Below are positions 44,701 through 52,632 of a stretch of 64,000 bases of DNA, piece after piece; within the stretch, counting starts at the first letter, position 1; the number at the start of each line of letters is the position of its first letter. The stretch comes from Pseudobdellovibrionaceae bacterium. GTDB taxonomy: Bacteria; Bdellovibrionota; Bdellovibrionia; Bdellovibrionales; JAMPXM01. Made by a program: the position numbers and the translations under genes. The notes beneath the pieces were generated by a model. That model made no database searches. It had not been told where the DNA came from and was given only the letters and a program-made list of their open reading frames with translations. Location: contig CANHQR010000014.1 in the NCBI GenBank assembly GCA_947462815.1, positions 800 to 64,799 of the forward strand. Reading direction: 5' to 3'.

Positions 44701-45702
44701 TTATTCCGCATGATCTTCGTGTGTGTGGCCCTCGTGCTCGTGAGAGGGTTCACTGCTTTCAGGCGATGCGCTTCGATTTGTTTTGGATGGATCTCGGTTT
44801 TCATCGAAAGCTTGCAAGACCTCATCACTCGGCATCTCAAGTTCGAGGAGCGAAACGCTGCGAAACGCTGCTGGATCAAAGTCCTTGTTCCACTTCTCGA
44901 GATCTTCAATTTCTCGTTTCTTGTCTTCGCTCCACCTGAAAGTGCTACGGCCAGGTGAGGCTTGAACGAGCGCAACGAGCAGCGAAGGGCTTTCATCCAC
45001 GAGCGCCTTGGTGAGCTTGCGAACACCCTCCCATTGCCCGCCCTCAAGCGCGACAAGCGAAAGGACCCATAGAGTCCTCTTTTGGTCTTTGAGGTTGGTT
45101 ATGGAAGTTGATGATAGGGCTTTCGACAGGGATGTGGCCCAAAGGGGTACGGGGGCCGCACTCTGGACTTCGAGGAAACCCCAAAACAGTGGTAAACCTG
45201 TCCGCAGATCTCGGCCGTCGGGAAGAATGCGAAAATCGGGGGCGATAACGATCGGAGAACGGGCCAGTCCTGTGCGCTGCTGTCCTGATGCCGAAGGGCC
45301 AGCAAATAGAGGGTCGAGACGCCTTTCGTGGCGGAGTGGCCGAAGCTGATAGTGAAAGAGGAGTGCAGCATCGTAAGTGCCGGGCGCGGACCGCAGCGCC
45401 TTCAACAGAAGTTGCAGATTAGTCTCTGCTGACTCGATTTGGAGATCGAGCCCCACCTCGCTCCGAATTCGAGTTTTGAAGTTATAAAAGGCGGGGCCAT
45501 TGAGATCCAAGAACTGCGGAGGCGCGATGATTTTGAGTTGGGTTTCAACAGGCCTGCGTCCCAATTCAGCTTCGCGCTTTTGGACAAGATAAATGCCGTA
45601 ACCTGATCCGAAAAGGAAAGAAGCCCCGATCACCAGGATCAAGGGCCACTTCCAGAAATTCCCCTTTGAGGTTGTTGGGACGCTGCGGATCTCTTGGCTC
45701 AT
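44701..45702 (-). CDS. membrane-anchored protein, weakly periplasmic-binding-protein-like, with His-rich C-terminal tail
   Basis: The N-terminal TM segment is WKWPLILVIGASFLFGSGYGIYLV. The C-terminus is EPSHEHEGHTHEDHAE. The PLFWGF-type segment is reminiscent of PotD-like binding proteins, but only weakly. Confidence 0.4.
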   Translation of the reverse strand: MSQEIRSVPTTSKGNFWKWPLILVIGASFLFGSGYGIYLVQKREAELGRRPVETQLKIIAPPQFLDLNGPAFYNFKTRIRSEVGLDLQIESAETNLQLLLKALRSAPGTYDAALLFHYQLRPLRHERRLDPLFAGPSASGQQRTGLARSPIVIAPDFRILPDGRDLRTGLPLFWGFLEVQSAAPVPLWATSLSKALSSTSITNLKDQKRTLWVLSLVALEGGQWEGVRKLTKALVDESPSLLVALVQASPGRSTFRWSEDKKREIEDLEKWNKDFDPAAFRSVSLLELEMPSDEVLQAFDENRDPSKTNRSASPESSEPSHEHEGHTHEDHAE

Positions 45703-45726
45703 GCTCCTTCGTATTCTAGCGATGGA

Positions 45727-46848
45727 TTAGCGAAGAGCAATAGGATCATAAGTGACGCGAATCTGAGCGCCTGCGGGCGGCACGGCCGTTCCATGGAAGG
45801 TCACGGAGTTTGTGTTGGCGTTGTAAGAGTACCCGTTGTTGGCATCTTCAATGATCTCCACGTTATTGACGAAGATCCGTAGTGTGGCCGGAGCCGGCGC
45901 ACGATTTAAGTAGAACTGCGTAGAAAGTTCGATGATTTTATTGGAGATCGAAGCGAGGGTTGTTCCGAAGTTGTCACATAAACTTCCGAGGCGACCATTT
46001 GTGAGTTCCGTTAGAGCGCGATATCGATTGGCCACCGGGCGACCGCCGAGCGCGTTCCCGCAGGTCGAGTCGATCACGGCAATGCTGCTCACGTTGTAAC
46101 GTCGATTCTGGGCTGTCGAGCCTGTTTTCCCATCGAGGTAAGTAACATAAGACTCGGGAGTGTGAAGCCGGGGGTCATTCGTCGTGTACCCAATCGCCGC
46201 TGACCCATCCCAAGAGCTATCATCTTCATCCGAAACTACAATGATGGCGAGGAAGGCATCCCTGCGCGGAAAACCGCCGTTGAACGGGTTGTTGAGTGCG
46301 CTTCGAATACTTTGAAACGCACGTTCGTCGCCTGACCCATTGATCCCTTGTTTGGCATTCATCACGAAGACATTCTGTTTGTCGGGCGTTGCAGGCGTGA
46401 TGATTTTGTATCCCGAATCGCTTGTTCCGGGAACACCGGAGCGGAACTCACTCAAGTTGGTCGAATTGAATTCGTCTTTGTAGCCGTCCGTCACGGTGAC
46501 GGCGATTTGGTAGTCAAAACCATTTGCATCGAAACGATTGATGAAGCTTTGAAAGTTGTCGACCAGAGCCTGCTGGCTTGTGGCCATCGAACCCGAATTG
46601 TCGATGACCCAAAGGACGTCGATTTTGCCGTTCACTTCCGCAGCACTCTGACTGAAGGTCGCATCTTCGGCGAGCAAGTCGAAACTTGCGCTCTTGCTAC
46701 CACAGGCCATGAGCAGGGAAGTGAGGCCCACCAGGCTCATGCTCAAGAGTGACTTCGATTTCGATCGGGTCATTTGCACGTTGGACTGGACAGAGTGCAT
46801 CGTGCAAGCTGTGCGAGTCTTGAACTGAGGGAGCTTCGCGGTTCTCAT
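45727..46848 (-). CDS. vWA-domain lipoprotein
   Basis: ATG 46848 has AAGGAGG 7 nt upstream. The lipobox is LTSLLMACGS. The MIDAS-type motif is IDVLWVIDNSGSMATSQ. Confidence 0.65.
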   Translation of the reverse strand: MRTAKLPQFKTRTACTMHSVQSNVQMTRSKSKSLLSMSLVGLTSLLMACGSKSASFDLLAEDATFSQSAAEVNGKIDVLWVIDNSGSMATSQQALVDNFQSFINRFDANGFDYQIAVTVTDGYKDEFNSTNLSEFRSGVPGTSDSGYKIITPATPDKQNVFVMNAKQGINGSGDERAFQSIRSALNNPFNGGFPRRDAFLAIIVVSDEDDSSWDGSAAIGYTTNDPRLHTPESYVTYLDGKTGSTAQNRRYNVSSIAVIDSTCGNALGGRPVANRYRALTELTNGRLGSLCDNFGTTLASISNKIIELSTQFYLNRAPAPATLRIFVNNVEIIEDANNGYSYNANTNSVTFHGTAVPPAGAQIRVTYDPIALR

Positions 46849-46862
46849 AACAGGTCCTCCTT

Positions 46863-46887
46863 GTCGAACTGCGGGGTCGAACTGCGG
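46863..46887. repeat. direct repeat GTCGAACTGCGG x2 (1-nt spacer) abutting the vWA gene RBS
   Basis: Read directly from the sequence. On the coding strand it is CCGCAGTTCGAC C CCGCAGTTCGAC AAGGAGG. Confidence 0.85.
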
Positions 46888-47192
46888 TCTGAGACGCCGA
46901 TCGAGCGACGATCTCAAGACCTTCATCGGGTTCGCAAAGGGTTGCGGTGAGATAAAAATGTGAAGCAAAACTCATGTTTCAAATTGAGAAATCGTCTTTA
47001 ACATACTGAAATTCAATGCGAATTTCTTGCTTGGATCTTCGTAGGGCGTCATCGAGTTCGACACTTCATTCGACATTGATCGACAGGATTTGAGATTTGA
47101 ATTTAACAGGCGGCCCTAAGGTGGCGAAGTCTTTGACAGGCCGTGGAGTGGGCTCGACTTGTGGTTCAGTTGGAAACATCCGAACAGACCAC

Positions 47193-48506
47193 ATGCTGCA
47201 AATTCATGGCGAACGAGAGAGTCGGCAAGCGAAGAGAACCAAGGACTTGGGACGCGGTGGGCGAGAGAGCCTTCGGCTTCTTCAATTGATCGGCGGCGCT
47301 GCCTTTCTCTTTTCGGTAGGCTGTGCGAGCACAAACCCGGCGCCACAGTCGACGGCTTGTCTGTCGTCATCGACCGTGGCGCTTGGAACAGCGGGCGAGC
47401 CGAGCCCTGAGCGATCACCCGCGGCTGTCTTGACCTGCGAGAGATTGTTTGAAGCTCATGGGCCGCGCGTTGTGGTTCCCAACCGCTCAACCGTGGGGTC
47501 GCGAGCGAATATCATGAGAATTGCCAATTACAATGTACTGAACTTGGCGATTCAGGTTGGTAAATTCGAAAGAGATTCGCGAGGTCAGATGCGTCCCGTC
47601 GCAGATCCTAACGCGACAGGGCCGCATCTGAAATCAGATTGGGCGCTGGCGGAGATTCGGCGACAAGTGAATGATGAAAGTCCGGATGTGTTGGTTCTCC
47701 AAGAAGTTGAAAGTCGAGCGGCGCTCGAAATCTTCAGTAATAACTTGCTCACGAAATACGAAATTATTCAGGTGCCAGGAAATGACACCCGCGGCATTGA
47801 TGTCGCGGTACTCGTCAAAGATGGCTTGGCTTTTGAAGTGCGAGCTCAAAGTCATCGGGCGCATCGACATGAGTATATGGGCGAACCCAGCCTTCTCTAT
47901 TCTCGGGATCTTCTCACTTTGACCTTTCATGAGTACGGGCGACAAGAACCTCTATTTGTCTTGGCCGCGACCCACAATAAGTCCCAAAGATCAACGGACC
48001 TTGACCCTGACTCGAACATGAAGCGCGGCGCTCAAGTTGAGGGTGCCTTGCGACTCTTGGAGCAATCTCATCAGCCTCGAGCGCGAATCTACATGGGAGA
48101 CCTCAACGCGGATGTACGTTCGGCTCCAGAATTCCAACCGCTCAAGCAGGCGGGATACCGAGAGGGCATGGAGATTTTGGGTGTTCCCGAGGCCGAGCGC
48201 GTCACACATCACTTCTTTAGAGGTGCAAGCTCGCCACCGAAGTCATCACAACTGGATGCGATTTTCTTTTCTCCCGTCTGGAGCGAAGCCAGGGCTCTTC
48301 GGCGAAGTCGCGTTGTGCCGCATCGGGACCGCCTCGGGAACTTATTGAAGGCTCCCAAGACCAAGGAGGAGCGAAAGCGTCAGGCCTCAGATCACAACAT
48401 GTATTGGGTGGAAGTTAACCTCGAGGCGCTTCGTCAGTACTTGGATGAATCAACGACCCCGAGTCCACAGACACAGCCTCCGCCACCTCGTCCGTCAGGA
48501 CCCTAA
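47193..48506 (+). CDS. endonuclease/exonuclease/phosphatase (EEP) family lipoprotein
   Basis: The lipobox is FLFSVGCAS. The motifs are IANYNVLNL, DVLVLQEVES, GDLNAD and SDHNMYWVEV. The start was chosen at ATG 47193 (the ORF is open from 47097). Confidence 0.75.
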   Translation: MLQIHGERESRQAKRTKDLGRGGRESLRLLQLIGGAAFLFSVGCASTNPAPQSTACLSSSTVALGTAGEPSPERSPAAVLTCERLFEAHGPRVVVPNRSTVGSRANIMRIANYNVLNLAIQVGKFERDSRGQMRPVADPNATGPHLKSDWALAEIRRQVNDESPDVLVLQEVESRAALEIFSNNLLTKYEIIQVPGNDTRGIDVAVLVKDGLAFEVRAQSHRAHRHEYMGEPSLLYSRDLLTLTFHEYGRQEPLFVLAATHNKSQRSTDLDPDSNMKRGAQVEGALRLLEQSHQPRARIYMGDLNADVRSAPEFQPLKQAGYREGMEILGVPEAERVTHHFFRGASSPPKSSQLDAIFFSPVWSEARALRRSRVVPHRDRLGNLLKAPKTKEERKRQASDHNMYWVEVNLEALRQYLDESTTPSPQTQPPPPRPSGP

Positions 48507-49638
48507 GGTCATCCTGCATGGCGAGGGGGATCGCAAGATCGTCAAGTCCCCAGGCCACTCGTCGCTGACGAAAGGGCGCTAGCGTTGTCTCAAAGCTCTG
48601 GCGTAACTCGAGCTGGTCTTGAAGCCAAAGTTGTCGCGACCATCGGTCCTCGTTGTCGCTTGGAAACGGAAACTCTGGCCAGTTTTCAACTCCACTCAAA
48701 AAAGCCCAAGTCAATTCGCGAAGCCCTGAGTTGAAGGCTCGGCGCTCTTCATCCTGCTCGCCCGCAAGGGTCTCTGAAACATCGCGATCCTCAAAGAGGC
48801 CGAGCATGGATGAGGGGCCTTTGAGTAGGGAAACGGGGAGTTTGGAGATTTGAAACTCGCCCGAAGTTAAACCGATGACTTGCCTCAAAAGTGCACCGTG
48901 CACTTTCATGCAGCGACCTACATTTCGGAAAGCGCCGACCTCGTGACGGCGTTGCTCGTAATCACTGTCTGTGCTCTTGGAAGAAGTTGTGTCCGACGAG
49001 TTGACTTCGGGCAGTTGAAAAACGAGTTCCAAACGCCACGATCTCGGCATTTCGCGAATGATCCAGGACGCGCTTTTGTGGGTTTGCGTTCCCACTCGAT
49101 TGCAAGGTGGCTTAAGAATTCGCAGAAGCTCGTTCTCGCAGATCAGCGCGGACTTTTCGTTCGGCGTTTCGCGGTAGCGGATTTCGGCCGTGGCGAGAAG
49201 AACGCGCATGAGGCGGTTGGAGACATCTTGGACCTTCGCGGATCGGTAAGAGCTCAGACGCGCCTTCAGATCCTTCCCTTTGCCGACGTAAAGCAACTGA
49301 CCTTTATCATCGAGCATCCAATAGACACCCGGCGAACGAGGGATTCCTCTGAGAAACTCGCGATCCAATCGACGTTTAAGCGGGTTTTCAACTTGAAAGA
49401 GTCGCAGTTGCTCTCCGGACTTTTCCATCTCGGATTCCAACTCGGGCTGGATTTGATTTTCTGTCTCAGATCGCGCGGGTTCGGAAGAGGCCTTTAGAGG
49501 TGCTTGATTCGCCTGACCGACGGGTAGCGCCATGAATTCAATTTCTGCCGTTGGCTCATGCAATGAGGCTGTTCTTGCCACGGCTTCTACCCCTTGGGTG
49601 TTGGAGCTTGAGAGCGAACGGTCAGGTTGGCGTTCCAT
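48415..49638 (-). CDS. GIY-YIG nuclease domain protein with uncharacterised about 230-aa C-terminal region
   Basis: PGVYWMLDDKGQLLYVGKGKDLKARLSSY...EIRYRETPNEKSALICENELLRILKPPCN is a UvrC-N-type GIY-YIG module. The 3' end overlaps the convergent EEP gene by 92 nt. Confidence 0.6.
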   Translation of the reverse strand: MERQPDRSLSSSNTQGVEAVARTASLHEPTAEIEFMALPVGQANQAPLKASSEPARSETENQIQPELESEMEKSGEQLRLFQVENPLKRRLDREFLRGIPRSPGVYWMLDDKGQLLYVGKGKDLKARLSSYRSAKVQDVSNRLMRVLLATAEIRYRETPNEKSALICENELLRILKPPCNRVGTQTHKSASWIIREMPRSWRLELVFQLPEVNSSDTTSSKSTDSDYEQRRHEVGAFRNVGRCMKVHGALLRQVIGLTSGEFQISKLPVSLLKGPSSMLGLFEDRDVSETLAGEQDEERRAFNSGLRELTWAFLSGVENWPEFPFPSDNEDRWSRQLWLQDQLELRQSFETTLAPFRQRRVAWGLDDLAIPLAMQDDLRVLTDEVAEAVSVDSGSLIHPSTDEAPRG

Positions 49639-49667
49639 TTCTAGAAGAAGCGTGGCACGAATACATT

Positions 49668-51101
49668 ATGCAGTCTATTTTGAATCTCATAGGTGGCGAG
49701 TGGAAGCCGTCCCAAGACGGCCTAACTTTCGTGCAGCGGTCCCTCGGTGAGTCTACGGACGAGGCTTTGGTGTCTGACTCGAAGCTTCTCGATGTTGTCC
49801 AAGCGATTGCGTCGATCAATCGCAGCAATGTCAGTTGGCTCAAGGAACCCGAAGAAGCTCGGCGCGAAAGATGGCTGCGCAGTTTTCAGGTGTTTGTGGA
49901 GTGGATGGATCGCCATCGCGTGCTCATCATGGAGGCTCAGCGAGCCGATACCGGTCAGAGCCAGCGAAGCGCGGAAATTTCATTTTTGTCGACGATCATT
50001 TGTCTCAAGCAAATCGAACCCCTGCTTCACCGCGCGAGCTTACCCGTCGGCACAGTCGGCGTCATTCTTGGCGCCACGGACCCTATGTTTCATCTGTGTC
50101 GACGCGTTTGGGTAGCCTTGGCTGCCGGGAATGCGGTCGTCGTAAAGCCCAGCTCACAAACGCCCCGAATTGCCCGAGTTTTAGCTGAAGGATTTCAGCA
50201 TTGTCTGCAAGCCGGTGGAGTTCCGCCCGCCTTGGTCGCCGTCCTCTTTGGTCGAGGCCAGGCTCCCACCGGCGATGCTGTCGGCGAAAGCATGGTCCGA
50301 CATCCCGGTATCAACACGATTGTCTTTATTGGTTCCACAGAAGTCGCCATGCGTATATCTCCTTTGGTCGCGGAATCGGGAAAGCGTTTTCATTTCTCGG
50401 GGAGTGGTCGAAATCCGTTGGTGATTTTTGATGGCTTCGATGCGCAGGAGTTGGCGAAGAAGTTGTCGCCCCTCTTGCTCGATTTCCAAAACCTCGGCCC
50501 CTTCCGGCCCTCGAGACTTTTTATTCAAGAGACATCTTACAAGCCACTCTTAGATGCTCTGGCGAAGTGCTTTGAAGAGGATCGCGAAGTTCGAGTGATG
50601 CGTCCCCGCCTACGCGAGCAATTTTATCTTCAGCTTCATATGGCTCTTTCGGAAACGGGCAGATTGGTGACGGGGACCGGAGATCGTCAGATCGCTGTCC
50701 AGCCGACGCTGATTCGCGATCTTACGAATTGCTCGACTCTTCAACAGGAAGAGCTCGCCGGCCCTTGGGTCACGGCCGCTTCGTTTAAGTATCAGCACGA
50801 GGCCTTGAAGTATGCGAATACATCGCCCTTAGCTTTGGCGGGATATGTCCTGCATCCTGATCTCTCACGGGCTCGTCGGGTGGCAGAAAAAATCGAGGCC
50901 GCGCGGTGGGTGAGTTGGTCTCATCCTTCACAGATTGAGCATCGCAGTGTTTGGCCCGCTCTTGCCTTGATGGAGGCCCCTGGACTGAAGCAGAGCGGGC
51001 ATGCGGGCGATGGAATCGAACAAGTTTGGCGAGCGCTTTCAAGAAGTGGAGTGCATTTGTCGACGCACTCGGCAGAATCCATCAGCGCCAACCCTCGTTA
51101 G
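49668..51101 (+). CDS. aldehyde dehydrogenase superfamily protein lacking the canonical catalytic residues
   Basis: The ALDH scaffold is clear (LIGGEWKPS, ALAAGNAVVVKPSSQTP, VFIGSTEVAMRI, SRLFIQE). However, the ELGG position reads FSGSG, the GQxC position reads LGPF with Pro in the Cys slot, and the PWNFP position reads ATDPM. Confidence 0.75.
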   Translation: MQSILNLIGGEWKPSQDGLTFVQRSLGESTDEALVSDSKLLDVVQAIASINRSNVSWLKEPEEARRERWLRSFQVFVEWMDRHRVLIMEAQRADTGQSQRSAEISFLSTIICLKQIEPLLHRASLPVGTVGVILGATDPMFHLCRRVWVALAAGNAVVVKPSSQTPRIARVLAEGFQHCLQAGGVPPALVAVLFGRGQAPTGDAVGESMVRHPGINTIVFIGSTEVAMRISPLVAESGKRFHFSGSGRNPLVIFDGFDAQELAKKLSPLLLDFQNLGPFRPSRLFIQETSYKPLLDALAKCFEEDREVRVMRPRLREQFYLQLHMALSETGRLVTGTGDRQIAVQPTLIRDLTNCSTLQQEELAGPWVTAASFKYQHEALKYANTSPLALAGYVLHPDLSRARRVAEKIEAARWVSWSHPSQIEHRSVWPALALMEAPGLKQSGHAGDGIEQVWRALSRSGVHLSTHSAESISANPR

Positions 51102-51191
51102 AGCCGGTCTGCTCAGGCTATATGGCGCGAGCTGTCGGTCCGAAGCTTCACTCGGGTGAACAGGGGGCCTCAATCTCGGCCGAATCCACCA

Positions 51192-52042
51192 TCATGAGTC
51201 TGACCAGATCCGACTGATGCGGCTGGCGACATTGAAGAGATGCTCGTCCATTCCGGGTGCGGCCGTCAGCATGATCCCGCATCCTAAAGCGTAGGTTTTG
51301 GGTGCAGGGATCACCAGACTGGGTGCTTGAAGAATAGGTGAAATGATATGCAGAGCTCTAAGTCGGTCCGCATAATCTCGCATTTGCAAGGAAGCGGCGA
51401 GCTTCGGTGTCTGAAAGGGGAGGGCGGGCTGGATGAGAATTCGGCCGTCACGGAGTCGGTCCGGATGCAGCGAGGATAGAAAGTTCGTCGCGAGCTTTTC
51501 TCGGTGGAGTCGGTGCTTTTCAAACCAAGCGAGCCAGGCTGATCGATCGGGAAGATCGAGCTTCAGCTCCTTCTTGAACTGCTGGAGCCCGGTATCAGCG
51601 CACCGTCTAAAGAAATGCGCCCTCGAGATGGTCGATAGCCGTAAAGGCCGCACATTGCCGCGGGAATCCGAATTGACCCGCCTGTGTCGGTCGCCAATCC
51701 AATCGGACAAATGCCGGCCGCCACCGAAGCCGCCGCGCCTCCGCTTGACCCACCGAGAGCCAATTTCAGATTCAATGGATGCCTGGTCCAGCCCAAATTC
51801 GCTGACTCCGTATGGTAGCCCAGCGCAAGCTCTGTCATGTTGGTGAATGGTAAAGGAATGCCGCCGGCGATTTTCAGGCGCGAGACCGCCCAACTGTCCT
51901 GAGTGCGAATCTTTCGCTGAAAGTGCATTTCACCCAACCGAGTCCCAGCTGATTTGGCAAAGCCAATCACGTCCAGATTATCCTTAACGCTGAAGGGACT
52001 CGGAGTTAGCGGAACTCGGGGGTTGAGCCCGCGTTTGGGCTG
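51192..52042 (-). pseudogene. amidase (amidase-signature family) remnant, N-terminally truncated and frameshifted
   Basis: Frame 1 (51563-52042) reads PFSVKDNLDVIGFAKSAGT...GGSSGGAAASVAAGICPIGLATDTGGSIRIPAAMCGLYGYRPSRGRIS. Frame 2 (51192 to about 51650) carries the C-terminal LVIPAPKTYALGCGIMLTAAPGMDEHLF. An in-frame TAG at 52043-52045 and the lack of an ATG remove about 60-70 N-terminal residues. Confidence 0.7.
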
Positions 52043-52056
52043 CTAGTTTGAGTGGC

Positions 52057-52356
52057 TTACCAGGAGGCGTTGGATAGGTGCCGACGAAGTTGATCCTCTG
52101 GAATATCGACGAAGATTTCAAGGGCCTGTCGATGGCTTCGCATGAGGCGCAGGATTTCATGAATGAAGGACGACTCGTCGAGTTCAGCTGAGTCTTTTAT
52201 GAAATTCTCAACTGAGTGATGGGCGAGCGGACCATCGACAAGAAAGCTGACACCCGACTCACGGAGTTTAGTTTTGTAAATCCAAGCGCCCCCGCCGATC
52301 ACGGCGGCAGTTCCCAGGGCATAAGTCAAAAGATCGCGAAGGCTGATTTGCGACAC
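52057..52356 (-). CDS. hypothetical small membrane-anchored protein
   Basis: This is a 99-aa ORF with one N-terminal TM segment (LLTYALGTAAVIGGGAWIY) and no recognised motif. Confidence 0.35.
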   Translation of the reverse strand: MSQISLRDLLTYALGTAAVIGGGAWIYKTKLRESGVSFLVDGPLAHHSVENFIKDSAELDESSFIHEILRLMRSHRQALEIFVDIPEDQLRRHLSNASW

Positions 52357-52632
52357 AACTCAGATTGCAATGCATTGGTTCCAGAAGCGCAAGCCGCGGG
52401 TGATGGGGGTGCATGGAAAAACCTTCGCGAATCGGAAAGAAGGGCCCAACACGATGAGATGCCGGTGACCAAGGATTTCAAGGCAACCCTGAAGTTCGCG
52501 CCAATTTATGGGAACTTCGCTAGGTCCTCCCGAAGCGACGCGAAGGCGCATAAGGATTCCGGGGATTCCCCCATTGAATCTTTGTTCGCTGTAGGTCGTT
52601 TGCTCAACATGACCCCATCGAGGAGCCCAAGA

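Noticed and set aside
51563-51970. Two separate ORFs (51563-51970 and 51192-51893) as independent small genes.
   Set aside because: Together they reconstitute consecutive parts of one amidase-signature enzyme in two frames, so they are better explained as a single frameshifted pseudogene.
52216-52632. The long N-terminal extension of the 567-aa ORF in the track.
   Set aside because: The extension overlaps the opposite-strand 99-aa gene and the divergent intergenic region. An internal ATG at 52633 has an AGGAG RBS and is followed immediately by a signal peptide, so the shorter form is more plausible.
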